Shown one piece after another: positions 1 through 8,669 of a stretch of 32,000 nucleotides of DNA (position 1 is its first letter; each line of letters starts with the position of its first letter). Where the stretch lies: positions 7,886 through 39,885 of the forward strand of contig JBHLKY010000031.1 of the NCBI GenBank assembly GCA_048886185.1, in the 5' to 3' direction. Source of the DNA: Candidatus Hermodarchaeota archaeon (GTDB lineage Archaea > Asgardarchaeota > Heimdallarchaeia > Hodarchaeales > Hodarchaeaceae). The notes under the pieces were generated by a model. It had not been told where the DNA came from and searched no databases. It worked only from the letters and a program-made list of their open reading frames with translations. A program made the translations under genes and the position numbers.

Positions 1-2
1 TG

Positions 3-413
3 ATAATAAATAAACCACTCCCGCAAACATATGCAACTGACACGATCACTGTAGCGTTATCTGGGGATGCAGATAATTATTGGTACTATATTGAGTCAGT
101 AGACAGCCAGAATCAGACTTGGACTACCAGTGTGGGTCGAATGCTTACTGACGGCACTTACACACTCCACGTATATGGAAACGACTCTGTGGGGAATGTT
201 GCTCACGTCTTTGTTACATTTACAATTGAAACTCCAGTTCCTACCACTCTTCCTATAACAACAACTACCACGACTACTACACCTAGTTCTACAACTACAA
301 CCTCAGCAACAACCATTCCTACAAAAACTGTTACTCCTGGCTGGAATGTTCTGCTCTTACTTCTTACCTTATTTCTTATGTTACCACTAAGACATCGTAA
401 GAAGAAATCTTAA
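3..413 (+). CDS. C-terminal part of a secreted/surface protein: Ig-like repeat, Thr-rich linker, PG(W)-TM-basic tail anchor (5' truncated by the window edge)
   Basis: Frame is open from position 3 (IINKPLPQTYATDTITVALSG...) into the listed 132..413 ORF. DGTYTLHVYGNDSVGN is an Ig-repeat-like strand, followed by poly-Thr and TPGW + hydrophobic stretch + RHRKKKS, resembling PGF-CTERM-type anchors. Confidence 0.85.
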   Translation: MINKPLPQTYATDTITVALSGDADNYWYYIESVDSQNQTWTTSVGRMLTDGTYTLHVYGNDSVGNVAHVFVTFTIETPVPTTLPITTTTTTTTPSSTTTTSATTIPTKTVTPGWNVLLLLLTLFLMLPLRHRKKKS

Positions 414-438
414 ACTTTCTCATACTCCCCTTTACTCC

Positions 439-447
439 TTTTTTTTT
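439..447 (+). terminator. oligo-T tract, possible archaeal terminator
   Basis: T9 run 26 bp after the stop at 413, preceded by a pyrimidine-rich stretch. Confidence 0.35.
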
Positions 448-508
448 AGAAGTCTGTAAGTTAACCAAAGTTATAATACATTATACGTATCAACATACGT
501 ATTTTTGA

Positions 509-525
509 TAACCTATCCAACGCTA
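509..525 (+). repeat. 17-bp dispersed motif, copy 1 (TAACCTATCCAACGCTA)
   Basis: Matches copies at 1653, 4951, 20890 and 22852. Followed by a perfect 16-bp palindrome ATTTTTATATAAAAAT (532-547). Confidence 0.6.
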
Positions 526-724
526 ACTACAATTTTTATATAAAAATGAATGTGAATTAGTTTTAATCTGAGAACTTTTGGTTGGTCTCGAAAAGAGATA
601 CTTCTCGCTACAAGAAGTTTAAACATGATAGCCATTGTATCATATGTTTATTATAATCTCATACTTAAAATTTATATGATGATTACTAGAATCACGAAGA
701 AGAACGAAGTAGAAGGAATATCCA

Positions 725-1573
725 TTGAAATTTATAACACTTAACAACGGAATTAAAATGCCCATATTGGGATTTGGGGTTTACCAGATAAAAGACCCTA
801 AATTATGTGAACAGTGTGTTAGAACAGCGATTGATGTTGGATACCGATTAATTGATACCGCTTTTGCATATGGAAATGAAAACGCGGTTGGAAAAGCCGT
901 TCAGTCAAGCTCAATTCCCCGAGATGAACTATTCATAACTACTAAACTCTGGAGTCCATATGCGAATTATAATAATACCAAACAACAGTTTGAAAAATCA
1001 TTAAACAGGTTAGAAATGGATTATGTTGATCTCTATCTTATTCATCAACCTTTTGGTGATGTGTATGGATCCTGGTGTGCAATGGAAGAACTTTACGAGG
1101 AAGGAAAAATCAGAGCTATTGGTGTTAGCAATTTTTATCCTGATCGTTTAATTGATTTTATACTTCATAATAATATAACTCCTGCAGTTAACCAGGTTGA
1201 GACTCATCCTTTTAACCAACAGATAGAGAGTGAGAAAATAATGAAGGAATATAATGTTCAGATTGAGTCCTGGGGTCCATTTGCTGAGGGAAGAAACAAC
1301 TTGTTCCAAAACGAGGTACTAGCTTCAATTGGTGACAAGTATAATAAATCAAATGCCCAAGTGACTTTGCGATGGCTTATCCAGAGAGGCATAATTGCAA
1401 TTCCTAAATCAGTTCACAAGGAGAGGATAATTGAGAATTTCAACGTTTTTGATTTTGAATTGAACAAGGCAGATATGAGTAAAATTACATCCCTAGATCA
1501 GAAAAAGAGTGCCTTTTTTGATCATAGAGACCCTGAATGGGTGAAAATGTTATCAAATGCTAGACGGGATTAG
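725..1573 (+). CDS. aldo/keto reductase (AKR5 / 2,5-diketo-D-gluconate reductase-like)
   Basis: [20 protein letters not shown] (catalytic Asp/Tyr), [26 protein letters not shown]: the classic AKR motifs. TTG start after a purine-rich GAAGGA. Confidence 0.95.
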   Translation: MKFITLNNGIKMPILGFGVYQIKDPKLCEQCVRTAIDVGYRLIDTAFAYGNENAVGKAVQSSSIPRDELFITTKLWSPYANYNNTKQQFEKSLNRLEMDYVDLYLIHQPFGDVYGSWCAMEELYEEGKIRAIGVSNFYPDRLIDFILHNNITPAVNQVETHPFNQQIESEKIMKEYNVQIESWGPFAEGRNNLFQNEVLASIGDKYNKSNAQVTLRWLIQRGIIAIPKSVHKERIIENFNVFDFELNKADMSKITSLDQKKSAFFDHRDPEWVKMLSNARRD

Positions 1574-1652
1574 CACAAGTGGGTATTTTAAGACCAAATA
1601 TGAATAAATACAAGTTAAACGAGAACATAGAGATAAAAATATAGAGGTACAT

Positions 1653-1669
1653 TAACCAATCCAACGTTA
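1653..1669 (+). repeat. 17-bp dispersed motif, copy 2 (TAACCAATCCAACGTTA)
   Basis: 80 bp after the AKR stop; same consensus as the other copies. Confidence 0.55.
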
Positions 1670-1739
1670 AACGACATTAGAATCAAAAAACCATCTAAGA
1701 AGAAAAAGAGTGAAAAAACTCCCTCTTCATTCAAGGCTT

Positions 1740-2984
1740 TTACTGATTGAAGCTAGTGCTTCGTACAGAGCTGTTCTGATGTGTATCGAGCTTGTTCCCG
1801 ATATCGTACGCAAGGGCAGAAAGAATGACTACAAACATCAATCCAAGAGCCAGAAAACCAAAAATCCATTGAATACCATAAGTAATATCCGCGTTAAAGA
1901 ACCACAGTAGAGGATACCCAAAGATTGCGATTTCAACCCCTGTCCAAAAGGTGATCAGGAGTACAGGGACAGACCAAGGCCAAAATTTAGCAAAGAAACC
2001 CCGTACGCGTACAGAGAGATGTGTATCCCACCACGTTAATGGTTTGTTTATCTTAGTTGCTGTAATAGTTGCAAAGATTGAAAAGAATATTGGCCCATAA
2101 CCACCTCCAACTAACCATAGTATTATTGAGAGGAGAAATAGAACCCGCGCACCATATTTCCGGTCAATGAACACCGTTGCCCATATGGTCACTAATAGAC
2201 CGATAATAATTGCTAGGATACCCGTCCAGAAATAGTTTGGTATCAATGTGATAGCTGTTTCGGTCGCATGCTCCCAAAAATTTTGCTCAGGACCAATTGC
2301 ATCTATCCATATGCCATTTGGAGTTACGTTTCCTTGAAGTACTTCTAATATTCCATGTTCTACACCAGCCAGTCCAACAAGAATACCTAATGTTGATGTA
2401 ACCACTCTTGTCGCATTCATGTTGCTCCAATGTAGTTTAAAGTTGTGTAGATTCATCTGTATCATTAATATTCCGTTTTTCTTAATCTTTTGTCCATTCT
2501 GGAGTTGTTTCCAACTAAAAAAGTATATTGTGGTACAAATTATGAGAGAGCCAAATTCACCTAGCAGAACCCCAATTCCTGTGCTCCATACTCCAAGTCC
2601 TAAAGAGAGTGCTCCACCAAAGGGATGAAGTAATGGACTACTAGGGTTATTTGGAAAAATATATGTCATAGGTTGAGAAATAAAGTCAATAACCCAGTGA
2701 CTGAAAACAAGAAGACCGAGGGTTATGCTTGTACGAGAATCACTTGTAAGTCGTAAAGCGATTATTGTTGCAAGCACCGACCAAACGATAGCCATAAAGA
2801 GACTGTGAGACCACGGCGCGGATCCCACTTGGTCTGAGAGTGGGAGCTGTTCAATTCCTACTATCATGAAAATCAAAAAGAGGATGTCAATGAGGTATGC
2901 ACAGAGAATTAACATCCAGACTGATATTCTGGGAGAAATTCTCTTAGAAGCAAGTCCAATTGCCAAATGAGTTAATCCAGCCAT
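1740..2984 (-). CDS. membrane protein: N-terminal YdjM/YbcI-type metal-dependent hydrolase domain fused in frame to a second multi-TM hypothetical domain
   Basis: N-half has THLAIG, LIDIL, WSHSLF and FSHWVID His/Asp motifs in TM helices. The C-half starts near MNATRVV (ATG at 2420) with GVEHGILE and about 5 TMs. The two are joined by a Lys-rich hydrophilic linker. Confidence 0.75.
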   Translation of the reverse strand: MAGLTHLAIGLASKRISPRISVWMLILCAYLIDILFLIFMIVGIEQLPLSDQVGSAPWSHSLFMAIVWSVLATIIALRLTSDSRTSITLGLLVFSHWVIDFISQPMTYIFPNNPSSPLLHPFGGALSLGLGVWSTGIGVLLGEFGSLIICTTIYFFSWKQLQNGQKIKKNGILMIQMNLHNFKLHWSNMNATRVVTSTLGILVGLAGVEHGILEVLQGNVTPNGIWIDAIGPEQNFWEHATETAITLIPNYFWTGILAIIIGLLVTIWATVFIDRKYGARVLFLLSIILWLVGGGYGPIFFSIFATITATKINKPLTWWDTHLSVRVRGFFAKFWPWSVPVLLITFWTGVEIAIFGYPLLWFFNADITYGIQWIFGFLALGLMFVVILSALAYDIGNKLDTHQNSSVRSTSFNQ

Positions 2985-2990
2985 AATTAA

Positions 2991-3974
2991 TCAAATCCGT
3001 TGAATTTGGATCCAATGAAGCGTCTTTTGTAACGATTCTTCCAGAGGCCGAGGTTTCCATCCAAGTTCTCTCTGAATTTTTGAGGTATCGGTATAAATGC
3101 ACGTTTCTGTGGAAATCCTAGCTTCTTCCCTTGTTACTTGTTTTGAGAAAATTGCGAAAATCTTCATGAGTAAGGGAGACATCTGAAATCTAGGTACCTT
3201 TATTTTGGAGGACATTTTATTGAGTAATTGTAAAGTTTTTTTAAACGTAATAACCTCTGTAGCACAGATATAACGACCCTTAGCATCCTTCTTTTCAAAT
3301 GCTAAAATATGAGCTAACGCAACATCCCGAACATCCACAAAATTGAATCGCATAGGGGGGATCATTGGAAGCTTGTTGGCTAGAATGTCTTCAAAAATTT
3401 GAGTAGTAGGGGTATGTCTATGAAAATTAGGCCCGATTATATACCCTGGATTGATCGTAATTAGATCTAAATTGTTTGATTCCGCATATTTCCAGGCCTC
3501 CCATTCTGCTTTATACTTAGCGTAATAGTAGGGGTTTTTTGCTTGATGGTACCAATCATCCTCTGAAAAGGGTTTGTCAGGAGTGGTTCCCATTCCGACT
3601 GCTGCCATACTACTAGTCCATACAATCCGTTTTACACCCGCTTCTTTTGCTGATTTAAGAACATTCAACCCTCCTATCACTGAAGGATCAATAATCTCTT
3701 TCTGGGGGTCTTTTGCAGATAAGGAAAAGACCGCTGCCGTGTGGAAAATGCCATCGACCGCTTCTACCGCTTTTCTGAGCGTCTCGGGTTTCATTAAATC
3801 GGCATCTACGATTTCAACACCAAGATTGAGCAGATGTTTGTTTCTCTCTGTGTTCTGTGAATTTCTAACACCCGCCCGAACATCATAGTTACGAGCTAGT
3901 AACTCTTTTACCAATGTAAATCCAAGATGTCCTGTGGCTCCTGTAACTAGAACCTTTTTTCCGTTTTCTTCCAT
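2991..3974 (-). CDS. NAD-dependent epimerase/dehydratase, dihydroflavonol-4-reductase-like extended SDR
   Basis: VTGATGHLG Rossmann motif, FHTAA, TSSMAAV, YxxxK (YYYAK), NFVDVRDVALAH. Confidence 0.92.
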   Translation of the reverse strand: MEENGKKVLVTGATGHLGFTLVKELLARNYDVRAGVRNSQNTERNKHLLNLGVEIVDADLMKPETLRKAVEAVDGIFHTAAVFSLSAKDPQKEIIDPSVIGGLNVLKSAKEAGVKRIVWTSSMAAVGMGTTPDKPFSEDDWYHQAKNPYYYAKYKAEWEAWKYAESNNLDLITINPGYIIGPNFHRHTPTTQIFEDILANKLPMIPPMRFNFVDVRDVALAHILAFEKKDAKGRYICATEVITFKKTLQLLNKMSSKIKVPRFQMSPLLMKIFAIFSKQVTREEARISTETCIYTDTSKIQRELGWKPRPLEESLQKTLHWIQIQRI

Positions 3975-4012
3975 TTTTAATCACTTTTTTGGTTGTGTTT
4001 GTTTATTATCGA

Positions 4013-4047
4013 AAAGTTTAAAACTTTCAACTAGTGTAAAGTTTAAA
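4013..4047. promoter_or_regulatory. candidate operator/TATA elements between the divergent SDR and TrmB genes
   Basis: 7-1-7 inverted repeat AAAGTTT-A-AAACTTT (4013-4027) and a second AAAGTTTAAA at 4038-4047. Confidence 0.3.
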
Positions 4048-4103
4048 TGTTAAAATAAATTTCAGTAATGAAAAAATAAATTCCAGTTTATTTGGTGATA
4101 TAG

Positions 4104-4928
4104 ATGACTTCCATTGAAAATGAGAATGTATTAGAGAGATATGGCTTAACAAACTATGAATTTGTAGCTTATAAGACCTTACTCCACCGAGGAGCGTGTG
4201 ATGCAAAAGAACTCTCGGATAAATCGAAAGTTCCCACCGGACGAATCTATGATGTGACTGGTTCCTTGGAAGACAAAGGATTGATTGAGATTCAGAAACA
4301 TTCCCGACCGAAACTCTATTCTCCTGTTGATCCCAGTATTGCTATGAAAAATTTATTGGAACGGAAGAAAGAAGAGCTTGAAATCCTTACAGAAAATGCT
4401 TTAGTCATTGAAGATGAGCTAAAGAGGTATCATCGAACAACTCCGAGTGAGAGTCTCTTTTGGAAAATCGGAATTGGGAATGAGGCAATCGACAGATGGA
4501 ATGTTCGTTTAAAAGAAGCACAGAATGAAATTCTCTATTATGGAGAATTTTTTGAAACACCACCTCAAATTCATGCCCAAGAAATCCAAGAAGAAGCAGA
4601 AATATTTGCGGATTTACAGGAAAGAGGAGTAAAAATACGAATGTTATTAGGTACAAAAAATATGGTTGAAACTATGCAAGAAATGTTAGAATTAGTGTTA
4701 CCATTCATTCATAGGCTTAATCTTGATGAAATGCCAGTTAAGTTTACTGAAACGATAACCAATCCCTTCGTGATAATGGATGACGAAAAAGTTCTCATAA
4801 AAATAAAAAATCCCGCCAATTTAGCTGAATATTTTGCGTCGATATATGTCTGGCAACGTAAGTTCGCTACTAGGCTATCATTGAAATATCACGAAATGTG
4901 GAGTAAAGCGGAAGAATTTTCATTATAA
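4104..4928 (+). CDS. TrmB family transcriptional regulator
   Basis: YGLTNYE...AYKTLL, ELSDKSKVPTGRIYDVTGSLEDKGLI, RPKLYSPVDP wHTH, plus a C-terminal PLD-like sensor region (FVIMDDEKVLI). Confidence 0.92.
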   Translation: MTSIENENVLERYGLTNYEFVAYKTLLHRGACDAKELSDKSKVPTGRIYDVTGSLEDKGLIEIQKHSRPKLYSPVDPSIAMKNLLERKKEELEILTENALVIEDELKRYHRTTPSESLFWKIGIGNEAIDRWNVRLKEAQNEILYYGEFFETPPQIHAQEIQEEAEIFADLQERGVKIRMLLGTKNMVETMQEMLELVLPFIHRLNLDEMPVKFTETITNPFVIMDDEKVLIKIKNPANLAEYFASIYVWQRKFATRLSLKYHEMWSKAEEFSL

Positions 4929-4950
4929 AATGCATGGTATTAACTTTTCT

Positions 4951-4967
4951 TTACCTAACCAACGTGT
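4951..4967 (+). repeat. 17-bp dispersed motif, copy 3 (TTACCTAACCAACGTGT)
   Basis: 23 bp after the TrmB stop; same consensus. Confidence 0.5.
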
Positions 4968-5152
4968 ACCCCAGCTAAAAAAGAACTCGAATAGAAAAGT
5001 TATCCGTCCTCGATTATCAATTTCAACTATACCTATCTTTATTCCCATTCCCACTAGAATACCCTCAGATAATTTTATTATCTGTTTGCTGTTTAATTTC
5101 GCATATAATTGAATGATTTAATTAAGTTGGAATTCTCTGAGAATAGGGATCT

Positions 5153-6490
5153 TTACTTTTGTTTTATGCACTCAAAGATTATAAAGAAGGGGATGCGATC
5201 AGTATCAAATGCTAATAGTCTTGGATGGTTCTTTATTACTTCATTATCTGGTTTAGGCTCTACAATTTCTCGAATTAAAAATCCTGCTCCTTTCAGTGCA
5301 GCACTATATTCTGAAAGAGTTCGATCGAACTGCCAGATAGGTTCCATTGAACCCCATGAAATTAAAGTTCCTCCTGAATCAAAATATCTATCTATCATTA
5401 CGTAAAGTCGTTCTTCGTTCCGTGGGGTATCAAAAGGAAGTCGATAAAACAAATTACTAATTCTAGCAAATACAGGATGTAAATTTGACCAAATGAATCT
5501 TCCTTCTAGTTTCAATACGCGAGCGAGCTCTTTAAATGCCTGTTTATAATGTAAAACATCTACAAACACGATATTTGAAATAATTAAGTCAAATTGGTTA
5601 TCATCAATTCTACGAAGATCCTCCAAAGACCAAGTATGATAGTCAATTCCTAATTGCTGTTGTTTTTCTTTATTCTTGCAATAATCAATTAATACCTTTG
5701 ATTGATCAACTCCTGTCACTAAAGCCCCCCTTAACGCAAGAGCTCTACTGAAATACCCATTACCGCATCCTGCATCAAGTACAGATAGGTTATTTACCTC
5801 TCCGATCAATTTCCACATTGCAGGATCAATAATCAACTGTCGATTTATATCCCCAATGTCGTCTTGGGAGGTGTGGTTCACCAGATCTATCCACTGTTTG
5901 CTTGTCTGTTCCCATTGTGCTCGAACATCTGTTTGACTTATAGTAGCTTGATCTAATAAAGGAGAATGGAATTTAACCGATCCGACACGACTCGACATTT
6001 TCTTTCTCTTCGATAATACACCATTAGGAATTTTGAGGGCTTCATCCACTGTGATCTTCTTACCACTTCTAACTTTCTCAGGCTTCCACTTATCTAAATC
6101 TAATATTCCAAATTCCACAGAATGAGTGTATTTTCCCATATCTAGCTGCCATGGATGTTTTCCTTGAAACTCTGAGTAGTACAAATCAAAATGAGGTTCA
6201 TTACAACTCGAACACTGGAAAGAATAGGCATATGTTGTATTCCAAAAGGTAATAGGGTGAAGGACTGGTTTGTTACAATCCCCACATATTAATTCCTGCT
6301 TATTTTCACACCAATAAAGCCAGCTAAAGTGGTGGAATTTTTTACATAGTGAGCACTGGAATTGAGAATGTAATGCACATCTAAACGCAGTATCATCCAC
6401 TGAAAAAGAGCCTAATCTGACGGGGTATGTCGATTCATAGTTCTTGATGATCTTACAATAAAAACACTTTGGAATTGCCTGTGAATCCAT
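5153..6490 (-). CDS. class I SAM-dependent methyltransferase with an N-terminal Cys/His-rich (Zn-binding) domain
   Basis: VLDAGCGNGYFS (motif I), VTGVDQS, FDLIISN, RVLKLEGRF. N-terminal CFYC, CALH, CSLC, CGDC, CSSC. Confidence 0.9.
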   Translation of the reverse strand: MDSQAIPKCFYCKIIKNYESTYPVRLGSFSVDDTAFRCALHSQFQCSLCKKFHHFSWLYWCENKQELICGDCNKPVLHPITFWNTTYAYSFQCSSCNEPHFDLYYSEFQGKHPWQLDMGKYTHSVEFGILDLDKWKPEKVRSGKKITVDEALKIPNGVLSKRKKMSSRVGSVKFHSPLLDQATISQTDVRAQWEQTSKQWIDLVNHTSQDDIGDINRQLIIDPAMWKLIGEVNNLSVLDAGCGNGYFSRALALRGALVTGVDQSKVLIDYCKNKEKQQQLGIDYHTWSLEDLRRIDDNQFDLIISNIVFVDVLHYKQAFKELARVLKLEGRFIWSNLHPVFARISNLFYRLPFDTPRNEERLYVMIDRYFDSGGTLISWGSMEPIWQFDRTLSEYSAALKGAGFLIREIVEPKPDNEVIKNHPRLLAFDTDRIPFFIIFECIKQK

Positions 6491-7010
6491 AAAACTGACC
6501 TCTTAATGAATGCCTTTTATTCTTGTGATTTAGGTAATTTTCAGGAAGTGATTGTTGCTGACTTATGCGGATGATGAATTTATTATCTATGAAATGTCCA
6601 GCTGGGAATCCATAGAAGACTGATTCAGTTTCTATAACCAAATTAGATGAAAAAAGAATAATGGAAATCAAAAGAAATGTTTGAATATAAATAAGAGGGT
6701 TTTTTTCATTAGATCACTCTTCAGAGCATAAAATTATTCAATCAATAATTGAAACTTCCGATTCCATTAAATCGTTACAATAATCAAATCCGGGTTTATT
6801 ATCTATCAGCTACCCCGAAAAATGATGTATTAGAATTTATTGAACTTCTGAAAATTAAATCTGTCGCATTTTCAATCAAATAATATGAACAGATTGATCA
6901 GAATCATTTAAACGAAGTGATTGGAAAATTGCTTGCCGGGTTGTCAGAAAAATAACAAAAAAGTTTCGCGATTCAAAAAAAGAAAACATGTGGGGGCAAT
7001 AAAAAAATTA

Positions 7011-7028
7011 TACTATTACTACTACTAC
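7011..7028. repeat. imperfect (TAC)n microsatellite, intergenic
   Basis: TACTATTACTACTACTAC. Confidence 0.6.
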
Positions 7029-7146
7029 TGTAAATAAACAACACATACCAAAAATAAAATTAAAACTGAAATAGTTAAAGGATTTTGTGAAATAGATTAG
7101 AGAGAATTCATTTGGGGTGCATTAAAAAGACAAAAATTTTCTAGAA

Positions 7147-7644
7147 ATGATGGTGAAAGGAATGGAATTTACCTTAGAAATAATAACAGCAACATTATCA
7201 CCTATAGTCATGATGAGTGCAGTAGGATTAGTCCTCCTTATGATGCAAAATCGATATTCGCGTCTAAAAGATCGAACTTTACTCTATGATCGCTATTATA
7301 ATATTCTAAAAAGTATAGAATCCCCAGAAGAGCATTTAGAAGTAGTAACTAAGATCAGGAATATGTATCTGAATGAAACAAGAGTAGTTAAAAATGCAAT
7401 GATTTTTGCCTTTACGGCAATAGTGTTTGTAATTGTAACATGTATTAGCATTCTTTCACAAGAAGTCTTGACATTAGATTTATCTTATCTTATTATGTTT
7501 AGTTTTATTCTTGCACTTGTGACTATATTAATCACTATTCTAATAATGGCGATTTCGCTTACTATGTCTGTCTCAACAGTTGAATATGAAATTGAGAAAA
7601 TGACCTATGAGATAGATATACAAATCATAAAATTTAGAGAATAA
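7147..7644 (+). CDS. DUF2721-like membrane protein
   Basis: SPIVMMSAVGLVLLMMQNRYSRLKDR matches the DUF2721 N-terminal pattern; 3 TM segments. The start may be the ATG at 7162. Confidence 0.8.
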   Translation: MMVKGMEFTLEIITATLSPIVMMSAVGLVLLMMQNRYSRLKDRTLLYDRYYNILKSIESPEEHLEVVTKIRNMYLNETRVVKNAMIFAFTAIVFVIVTCISILSQEVLTLDLSYLIMFSFILALVTILITILIMAISLTMSVSTVEYEIEKMTYEIDIQIIKFRE

Positions 7645-7661
7645 ATTTAGAGAATAAATTT
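7630..7661. repeat. 13-bp tandem duplication (AAATTTAGAGAAT x2.5) over the DUF2721 stop codon
   Basis: 7630-7642 and 7643-7655 are identical; partial third copy AAATTT. Confidence 0.8.
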
Positions 7662-7776
7662 CCCTATTCAGTTTAGATTTTCCTGTATTCTGGGTTAGAT
7701 AGCACTTAATAGAATTATTAAGAATAAAACTTAAAATAAAACTAGATTTTTGGTAAATTGTAATAGGGGATTCACC

Positions 7777-8445
7777 ATGAAAACATCCGCATATCTATCG
7801 GATAGGGTTCAAAAGATTCTGCTTATCTGCGCTTTTCCCGCTTCACTGCTGAAAATCGGGACTGATATACTTGCAGGCTTTCTGTGGGAGGGTTATAACT
7901 TCACCTCGCGATCCATCAGTGACCTGAGTGCTATTGGTGCTCCAACAAGACCGCTTGTCGTTCCACTTGATCTCATGGCTGATATATTCTTGACCGTATT
8001 CGCATTGGGTGTTTGGTCATTAGCTGGCGGGAACCGTGCTCTGCGCATCACAGCAGGAATGCTAATCGGAAATGCAGTGTTCCTCTTGATAGGAGTATTC
8101 TTTCCATTTCACCTCAATGAGACTATAAGTTCAGTTGCCAATACCACGAATACAATCATCATTGGTGTGAGCGTACTCTTCCTTCTGCTAGCCATCGGGT
8201 TCGGATCCGCTGCGTACCGAAATTGGTTCCGCTTCTACTCGATCGGGACATTTCTGGTATTCCTCGTAGAAGACATTTGGGCAACATGGGCCACCCCATT
8301 TGTCCTTGCAGGACAGCGAGGGCCGTTGGTCGGGATTCAGGAACGTACTATGCTCTATGGTTATCTGCTTTGGGTAGTTGTATTAGCTGTTGTCCTCTTG
8401 CGGTCTAAAAGACTATATAGCTCAATGAACGGCATCGATACATAG
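7777..8445 (+). CDS. DUF998-like multi-pass membrane protein
   Basis: YNFTSRSISDLSAIGAPTRP and GIQER motifs, about 6 TMs. ATG at 7777 follows AGGGG (the listed ORF opens at TTG 7750). GC-richer than its neighbours. Confidence 0.8.
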   Translation: MKTSAYLSDRVQKILLICAFPASLLKIGTDILAGFLWEGYNFTSRSISDLSAIGAPTRPLVVPLDLMADIFLTVFALGVWSLAGGNRALRITAGMLIGNAVFLLIGVFFPFHLNETISSVANTTNTIIIGVSVLFLLLAIGFGSAAYRNWFRFYSIGTFLVFLVEDIWATWATPFVLAGQRGPLVGIQERTMLYGYLLWVVVLAVVLLRSKRLYSSMNGIDT

Positions 8446-8669
8446 ATAAATATAGAGAGGAATAGAAATATATCCAACGACCAGATCTTCCATAATAAAT
8501 TTGTTCCTTTTATAAACACATTTGAAAAGCATTGATATATTTGTGGATTGCTCTTTTTCTTATAAAATCGATCAGGATGCATGTACGCTAAAGATATGGA
8601 TCATTGGTACTTTTCAAGGAGATTCACTTATAGCTAAATCTAAAAAAGCTGAAATAACAGAAATTGGGT

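Noticed and set aside
240-330. ACT/ACA-rich stretch as a DNA repeat element
   Set aside because: It is simply the Thr-rich linker of the surface protein.
483-502. Two ATACGTAT palindromes 4 bp apart
   Set aside because: Short, AT-rich and not repeated elsewhere in the window; no function can be supported.
515-587. Canonical integron attC (ATCCAAC ... GTTGGTC)
   Set aside because: The R boxes pair only partly and there are no complementary L boxes. Other motif copies lack a matching GTTRRRY, and no integrase is in the window. Kept only as an unexplained motif.
5153-6000. Calling the methyltransferase ArsM because of the ars cluster
   Set aside because: It lies ~18 kb from the cluster and I did not see ArsM's conserved catalytic cysteines in the MTase domain.
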